DNA from: a virus
Taxonomy: Duplodnaviria > Caudoviricetes
Virus record (IMG/VR): IMGVR_UViG_3300006169_000003
Coordinates: 1-43,528 of that record
DNA: 43,528 bases
Strand: one strand, 5' to 3'
Positions within the stretch are counted from its first letter, which is position 1, and every line of letters starts with the position of its first letter. A model generated the notes under the pieces. That model saw only the letters and a list, made by a program, of their open reading frames with translations, did not search any database and was not told where the DNA came from. Shown here in pieces: positions 41,596-43,528 of the stretch. Position numbers and translations under genes: made by a program.

Positions 41596-43038
41596 TTAGA
41601 ACGTCCGCCTGGACTGACCTCCAACCACATCGTCCCCGTATTCGCTGCTGCCGCCGCCGGCGAGCAGGTCATAGGCGGCCACGCCGGCGTCCACCTGGTC
41701 GTCGTGGGCGTCATTGACGCCGGTGAAGTCAGCATGCTCGGAGACGAAAGGGTTGACCCAGCTGGGCGGCGGGTCGGCTGCCTCGGGCTCCAGGCCCTTG
41801 CCCTGCTTCCATTCGCTGCCGCCGGGCACCCGGACCTTGCGCGCATTCCAGGCAGCTGCGTAGGGAATCGACCGCGTGAACTTGTCCCCTCTCGGAGGCA
41901 TGACCTGGAGAGGGATGTGGCCCAGCATGAAGTCCGCAGCGCCGGCCTCCGTCCCCGAGGCGTACCAGCGCCAGGGCGCGGTCGGGTACTGCTGGCGGTA
42001 GAGCTTGCACATCTCCAGGAACTGCGGAGCGCGCGCCTGGACGCGCAGCACATCCTTGACGAAGTACTCCCCGGTGCGGCGCCCGTCCGCGCCAATGGCT
42101 TCGAACATGACGACGATGCAGCTCCAGTCGCTGCTGCTCTTGGCGGCATAGGCCAGGTCAATGCCGATGGCGGGCCGGAAGAGGCGCGGCAGCTGGAGGT
42201 AGCCGGTGACCTCGCCGAAGACGCTGCCGCCTCGGGGCCTGGGCTGGCCCTGGTAGAGAGATTCCCAGGAGTAGGCGCCGATCTCCGCGCGCGTGAGCTT
42301 GAATGCGTCGGCGGTCCAGAATTCGGGCCACAGCGACAGCTCGTTGCCCGCCTCGTCGGTCCGCAGCGCTGGCAGACAGATGTACTCCCAGCCTTGCTTT
42401 ATGAGGCGGCCCGAAAGGTCGTCGGGGTGCCAGCGGGTGGCGAACACAAAGATGCTGCCGCCGGGCTGCATGCGCGTGGTGAGGACTTCGCGGAACCAGT
42501 CGTGGATGCGCTGCCGGCGGAGCGCGCTCTCTGCCTCGACGCGGTCCTTGAGAGGGTCGTCGACGAACGCGATGTTCAGACCGTAGCCGGTGAGGCCGCC
42601 GCCGATGCCCGTGGCCAGGAGGCCGCCGCCCTGGGAGTTGCGCCAGTCTCGGAGAGTGTTGCGCGCTAATGTGACACCGGAGCGCTGGGCGATGCTGCGC
42701 GCGTCGCGGCTTTTCGAGAGGGCGATGTCCGCGTTGTAGGAGGCGTAACCAAAGCGCGTGCGCGGGTCGAGCTTGAGGCCGTAGCTGACCGAGTGGAGGA
42801 CGGTCTCGGTCTTGGCGCAGCGCGGAGGAGCGTGGACGACGACGCGAATGCGCTCGCCTCGGAGGGCGCGCTCAATCCTCTGGGTCAGGGGCTCCAGGTG
42901 GGTTGGCCGCATGTAGTGCGGCGTCAAGCGCGGCACCCAATCCAGCAGAGCGCCCGGGTCCTCCGGGCCACGCTGCGCCCTCAACTCCGCCAGCATCCGC
43001 GCCGCTATCGTCTGGTGCGCTGGCGATTTCGAGGGCAC
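41596..43038 (-). CDS. terL: terminase large subunit
   Basis: Walker A variant 'APPRCAKT', 'VDDPLKD..EA.S', 'TRWHPDDL.G', nuclease 'GIDLA...D', 'HDDQVDA'. Confidence 0.93.
   Translation of the reverse strand: MPSKSPAHQTIAARMLAELRAQRGPEDPGALLDWVPRLTPHYMRPTHLEPLTQRIERALRGERIRVVVHAPPRCAKTETVLHSVSYGLKLDPRTRFGYASYNADIALSKSRDARSIAQRSGVTLARNTLRDWRNSQGGGLLATGIGGGLTGYGLNIAFVDDPLKDRVEAESALRRQRIHDWFREVLTTRMQPGGSIFVFATRWHPDDLSGRLIKQGWEYICLPALRTDEAGNELSLWPEFWTADAFKLTRAEIGAYSWESLYQGQPRPRGGSVFGEVTGYLQLPRLFRPAIGIDLAYAAKSSSDWSCIVVMFEAIGADGRRTGEYFVKDVLRVQARAPQFLEMCKLYRQQYPTAPWRWYASGTEAGAADFMLGHIPLQVMPPRGDKFTRSIPYAAAWNARKVRVPGGSEWKQGKGLEPEAADPPPSWVNPFVSEHADFTGVNDAHDDQVDAGVAAYDLLAGGGSSEYGDDVVGGQSRRTF
42661..42675 (-). 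promoter_or_regulatory. 15-bp motif near copy GTCACATTAGCGCGC
   Basis: One mismatch; inside terL, uses the rare codons ACA TTA. Confidence 0.6.
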
Positions 43039-43444
43039 GCTCGAACTCCTTCGGGGTCATGTGCTTGCGGAATTTCTCGAAGAGCCCCTCGACCTCCTCG
43101 TTCACCTGCACCTTCAGCCGCAGCCCGTACACCTTGGGCTGAGTCCGCTCGAGGAACCAGGCAAGCGCCTGCCAGTGCCTCTTCCCATGGGTCAACATCT
43201 GCGCGTTGGCGGAGACCCGGTAGTCCGCCTGCGCACGGCTGATCGCCTCCAAAAAATCCGAAAACTCCTTCTTGGGCCTGGACTGCCGGGCCTTCTGGAG
43301 CCAGAGGAAAAGAGTCGAGGGCGAGATGCCTGCCTTGTGCGCTGCGTCTTGGAGCGAGTTCCCCAGCCGGACGTAGCTGCACACCTCCGCCTGCAACAAA
43401 GGCGACAGCTTGGGGGTGCGGCCCGTGTGTTTTGACCTGGACAT
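42872..43444 (-). CDS. terS: terminase small subunit (HTH)
   Basis: 'GR.PKL......V...V..G.....AA..AGISPST.F.W...F.DF..A...A...WQA.AW.LER..P..YG'; immediately upstream of terL; ATG 43444. Confidence 0.8.
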   Translation of the reverse strand: MSRSKHTGRTPKLSPLLQAEVCSYVRLGNSLQDAAHKAGISPSTLFLWLQKARQSRPKKEFSDFLEAISRAQADYRVSANAQMLTHGKRHWQALAWFLERTQPKVYGLRLKVQVNEEVEGLFEKFRKHMTPKEFERALEIASAPDDSGADAGGVEGAAWPGGPGRSAGLGAALDAALHAANPPGAPDPED

Positions 43445-43528
43445 GCTGCCCCAAGGATAGGCCCAGACCGGGCTGGGCGCCTGCCGGCTGATGTAGGAAG
43501 CGCACACTTCACTCCATTTCCGGGGTCA

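Noticed and set aside
219-42675. 15-bp motif as CRISPR repeats, attC-like sites or plain sigma70 -35 boxes
   Set aside because: Copies are short, irregularly spaced, on both strands and often inside CDSs; most lack a -10 at 16-18 nt, and the conserved GCnnGC half is not a sigma70 feature.
43510-43528. Imperfect terminal inverted similarity (TGAACCCGAA vs TGACCCCGGA) and a direct end-to-end join reading FGFT|DP
   Set aside because: Only 8/10 identity and no transposase; the joined frame continues into non-ParB-like sequence overlapping terS out of frame, so it is probably coincidence.
1-43528. tRNA/rRNA genes and a specific host assignment
   Set aside because: No cloverleaf or rRNA signature was noticed; GC content and the lysis genes suggest only a GC-rich diderm host.

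Overview
The whole window is phage DNA: a GC-rich (about 70% by eye) tailed phage or prophage with a contractile tail, probably close to a complete genome. The left part (1-17.5 kb, mostly + strand) holds about 45 small, translationally coupled early genes, many with Cys/Zn fingers. It also carries a lone minus-strand replication initiator with internal iteron-like palindromes, RecT plus a Cas4/RecB-like PD-(D/E)XK nuclease, and a triple-HTH/Zn-finger regulator. The right part (17.4-43.5 kb, - strand) is a Mu-like virion operon: TerS, TerL, portal, an oligoribonuclease-like DEDDh exonuclease, gpF, protease, decoration protein, major capsid, neck, sheath, tube, a chaperone with a -1 frameshift, tape measure, baseplate, a LamG adhesin and a fibre. 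A lysis cassette follows (holin candidates, GH19 endolysin, an atypical spanin-like protein). I recognised no transposase, integrase, helicase, polymerase, tRNA or CRISPR array. The strongest unexplained signal is an asymmetric 15-bp motif, TYYACAWTNGCNNGC. I found 15 exact copies by eye and more than 10 near copies, on both strands, at gene starts and inside structural genes where they force rare codons. One copy becomes a perfect palindrome over the likely promoter of the triple-HTH gene. This suggests a genome-wide operator system with a candidate cognate regulator. All product calls come from motif recognition by eye; no database searches were run.
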